From the IMG/VR virus record IMGVR_UViG_3300049255_000202: a stretch of DNA of 64,000 nt. One strand, 5' to 3'. A program made the translations under genes and the position numbers. Position 1 is the first letter of the stretch, and each line of letters begins with the position of its first letter. Below are positions 61,492 through 64,000 of the stretch, piece after piece. The notes under the pieces are model-generated. The model was not told the origin of the DNA. It saw only the letters and a list, made by a program, of their open reading frames with translations, and ran no database searches. The stretch is from an uncultured virus (IMG/VR IMGVR_UViG_3300049255_000202). Lineage: Duplodnaviria; Heunggongvirae; Uroviricota; Caudoviricetes.

Positions 61492-63678
61492 TCAGCGATT
61501 CAGGAACCGGGCGGCGACTCTGCTCGCAAGCACGGGCTTGCGATACGTCTCGTCTTTCTTGCCCACGTACTCGATGAGGCGAACCGTGACGTGCGTGGCG
61601 CCCTTCATGATTTGGGCGGCGATGCGCGTGTGTTCCTGGGCGAAGATTCGCCCGTCCGTGTGCTTCACCACGAGGGGAAGCTCGGCCGGCGGGTGCTCGA
61701 CGTACTGCTTGAGCACGTCCCGGTTGATGAAGTCTTGGACGGGGTAGATGTCTTTGACCGGCAGCGACGCCTTCACCGCGAGCTTCAGATCCTTCCGCTT
61801 GAACCCGTAGATCGCGTAGACGACAGGTTTCGAGAAGATGTCCGTAGCCCGCACGCAATCGGCGCTCGGGGCGCATCCATCCCCTACGAGCTTGGGTAGT
61901 GCGTCGATCCTCTTGAGCACTTCGCTGTGCTCCTCGGAGGCGGTTTTCGTGAGCACGGACTTGAACGACTCGAGCTGGTCGCGGTTCATGTCCTGGCCGA
62001 TGACGTAGTAGGCAAAGACCTCCGCGAACGCCTCGTCGATGTTCGAGCCGCCGTACTCCGTGACCGGCAACACGGGGCGCTCGTCCTTGGGATCGAACTC
62101 CCGCTTCGTCACCTCTTGCACCTTGTTGAGGTACTTCTGCGCGCCCTCGCCCATCTCTTTCACGTAGATGCGGGCGTCGTGGAGCCACATGCGGAACCCC
62201 TCGCCCCAGTTCCCGTTCGCGTCGTAGTACTCCTTGAGGTCCTTGAGGATGGTGCGACTCAAGAGGAAGCGGCGTAGCTTGACCTCGGGCGAGTTCTCCG
62301 TCCCCGTGTAGAACTCGGCCATCGCTTTTTGCAGCTCGGGGTAGTCGTACTCGGAGACGGTGCTCGTCAGAGCGTCGTAGACGGGGTCCTTCTCGGTCAC
62401 GAGCTTCTCGAGCATGGGCGCCCACTTGTCGATGCACGCCTTCTCGTCGGCATCCGTGTCTTTCCAGACGAACTCCTTCTCGAACTCGTCGAGAGCGTCT
62501 TGGAGTTTGTGGACGCGCTCCCACACGACCTCGCGGGCGTCTTGGATCTTCTTTGCCGGCGGGCGCTTGCCATTCTGCGGGTAGGTCTTGACCAGCGCCT
62601 CGAACTTGCCGCGCTGGGTCTCGGACATGAACTTGAACCAGAAGCGATGGCCGAGTTCGTGCGCGAGCAGCTCGACGATGAAATCGCTCGGGCGGGAGTA
62701 GACGTTCACGACGTCGGGGCCGATGGGGTAGTCCCCGCCGGTCCCGCCCCCGGTGTGCGGGTTGGCTCCGCCGCACTCCTTGCACCGGATGAAGAGGGTG
62801 CCGTACCAGATCTTCGTGAGGCCCTTCGCGCGGAGCCGCTCGTAGGTCTCGTCGAAGTAGTGGACGTAGCGCTTGATGTCCATGGCATCGACGGTCGAGT
62901 CGTCGACGACCACCTTCATGCCGTAGAGGTCGAACTCCGTGAACTCCTCCGGCCCTTCGCCGTAGACGGTGGCGAACACCTCTTGGAGGAAATCGATCCA
63001 CTTGAGCGGGTCGAGCTTCGAGTGCTTCGTGTCGACCGTGATGAGGCGCTTGGCGAGAAGGTCGAGCTTCTGCGTGCCAAACCACCGCCACTTGATGTCC
63101 GTGACGTGATCGGGGGCGTAGCCGAGCGCCTGGTCGTACTTGACCTCTTCCTCCAGGGCCGCGAGGACCTCGGGTGGCGCCCTCTTGACGAGCCGCTGGG
63201 CGAGCGAGACGACGAGACGCGCGTCCGAGTGCCACTTGCCCTTGAGGGCGTCGCGCAGGGTCTTGATCTTCTCCTCGAAGACGGATGTCATGCGCGACGT
63301 GATGGCCGAGATCACTTCGTCCTCGGCGGTCTTGGCCGGGTAGCGGCCCGTCGTCGCGATGTCGAACGTCGTGTAGCTTGTCGCGAACTCCTCGACCTGC
63401 TTCTTGATCGCCTCGATCCGGTCTTGAACGCTCTGCTCGACGAAGCGGTTCATCCCGAAGCCGAGGAGCTGTTTGTGGAACTGCTCGAAGAACGGGAGGA
63501 GCTTGTCGCGAAGCTGGTAGGACACGCCGCTGGGCGTGCGGTCGCGCAGTTCTTCGAGCAGCATCTTGCGGAGGGTCGCCTTCGACTCCCGCCAGAACTT
63601 GTCGGGGATGAAGCCGGCCTCGCGCACAAATCTGTGGGCTACTCGCTCCGACTGATCGGGTATTTCTGCGGTGTCCAT
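61492..63678 (-). CDS. multidomain zincin-like metallopeptidase with RVAxRF motifs at both ends
   Basis: LAHELGHRF (HExxH) and EAFAEVF; possible ParB-like C-terminal domain; N-terminal ERVAHRF, C-terminal SRVAARFLNR. Confidence 0.7.
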   Translation of the reverse strand: MDTAEIPDQSERVAHRFVREAGFIPDKFWRESKATLRKMLLEELRDRTPSGVSYQLRDKLLPFFEQFHKQLLGFGMNRFVEQSVQDRIEAIKKQVEEFATSYTTFDIATTGRYPAKTAEDEVISAITSRMTSVFEEKIKTLRDALKGKWHSDARLVVSLAQRLVKRAPPEVLAALEEEVKYDQALGYAPDHVTDIKWRWFGTQKLDLLAKRLITVDTKHSKLDPLKWIDFLQEVFATVYGEGPEEFTEFDLYGMKVVVDDSTVDAMDIKRYVHYFDETYERLRAKGLTKIWYGTLFIRCKECGGANPHTGGGTGGDYPIGPDVVNVYSRPSDFIVELLAHELGHRFWFKFMSETQRGKFEALVKTYPQNGKRPPAKKIQDAREVVWERVHKLQDALDEFEKEFVWKDTDADEKACIDKWAPMLEKLVTEKDPVYDALTSTVSEYDYPELQKAMAEFYTGTENSPEVKLRRFLLSRTILKDLKEYYDANGNWGEGFRMWLHDARIYVKEMGEGAQKYLNKVQEVTKREFDPKDERPVLPVTEYGGSNIDEAFAEVFAYYVIGQDMNRDQLESFKSVLTKTASEEHSEVLKRIDALPKLVGDGCAPSADCVRATDIFSKPVVYAIYGFKRKDLKLAVKASLPVKDIYPVQDFINRDVLKQYVEHPPAELPLVVKHTDGRIFAQEHTRIAAQIMKGATHVTVRLIEYVGKKDETYRKPVLASRVAARFLNR

Positions 63679-63719
63679 CCAAGGACGTCCTCCTATCAAA
63701 CGCTTACCGCCGGTGGGGC

Positions 63720-64000
63720 GTGACACCCGGCGCACACGTCGTCGTTTTGTCCGATCGGGCCACGGTCGGGGTCGAGGGGCGTCTTCGGCCGGGTCCGACC
63801 TCGGGGTTCGCGTTCCTCTTCAGGGCTCCGCAGACCGTGGCGGCCCAGGTCCTCGCCACCGGGACCGGCGCCATCAACGTCGACGGGTGCCGCATTCCGA
63901 GCGGCGGCGAGCACTTCCGCTCGACCGTGAAGGGCCGTAGTGGCGGCACGCTCAGCGGACGACCCGCGCGAAGGCGCCTCGCTCGGGATGTTCCAGGCGG
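63720..64000 (+). CDS. MTase-derived paralog 3 (runs off the window end)
   Basis: Own translation VTPGAHVVVL...EGRLRPGP...FLFRAPQTVAAQVLATGTGAINVDGCRI. Confidence 0.65.
   Translation, partial: MTPGAHVVVLSDRATVGVEGRLRPGPTSGFAFLFRAPQTVAAQVLATGTGAINVDGCRIPSGGEHFRSTVKGRSGGTLSGRPARRRLARDVPG

Noticed and set aside
1..64000. CRISPR array or tandem repeat-spacer array
   Set aside because: No regularly spaced direct repeats were seen. The repeats found are dispersed tnpB-derived copies and protein-level motifs.
1..64000. Alternative genetic code (stop-codon reassignment)
   Set aside because: TAG, TGA and TAA all end well-supported genes, and the broken genes change frame instead of reading through in-frame stops.

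Overview
GC-rich window densely packed with short, mostly hypothetical genes on both strands. It reads as the accessory region of a large (jumbo-type) bacteriophage; this is inferred from gene content, and no capsid, terminase, polymerase, rRNA, canonical tRNA or CRISPR array was seen. Recognisable genes: two intein-containing proteins (a DUF1848-like Fe-S protein and a zeta-toxin-like P-loop kinase), three DNA methyltransferases plus three MTase-like paralogs lacking catalytic motifs, cell-wall hydrolases, an adjacent 2H-phosphoesterase / CCA-type nucleotidyltransferase pair, and MazG-like, PNK-like, GHKL ATPase, radical SAM, KTSC and zincin proteins. The main unexplained structure is two mutually exclusive peptide tags shared by unrelated proteins. 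One is a C-terminal T(A/S)(W/Y)xR(L/V/I)LxDD motif in about 17 proteins. The other is a terminal (R/K)VAxRF motif in 5 enzyme-like proteins. Also seen: two recurring promoter-like motifs placed for leaderless translation, a family of miniature tnpB-derived elements (two with their own promoter), a 2.8 kb transposase-less cargo element with 19 bp TIRs and an 8 bp TSD, and a 100 bp inversion inside a gene. All family assignments come from motif recognition by eye, not database searches. Many frameshifts may be sequencing or assembly artefacts.
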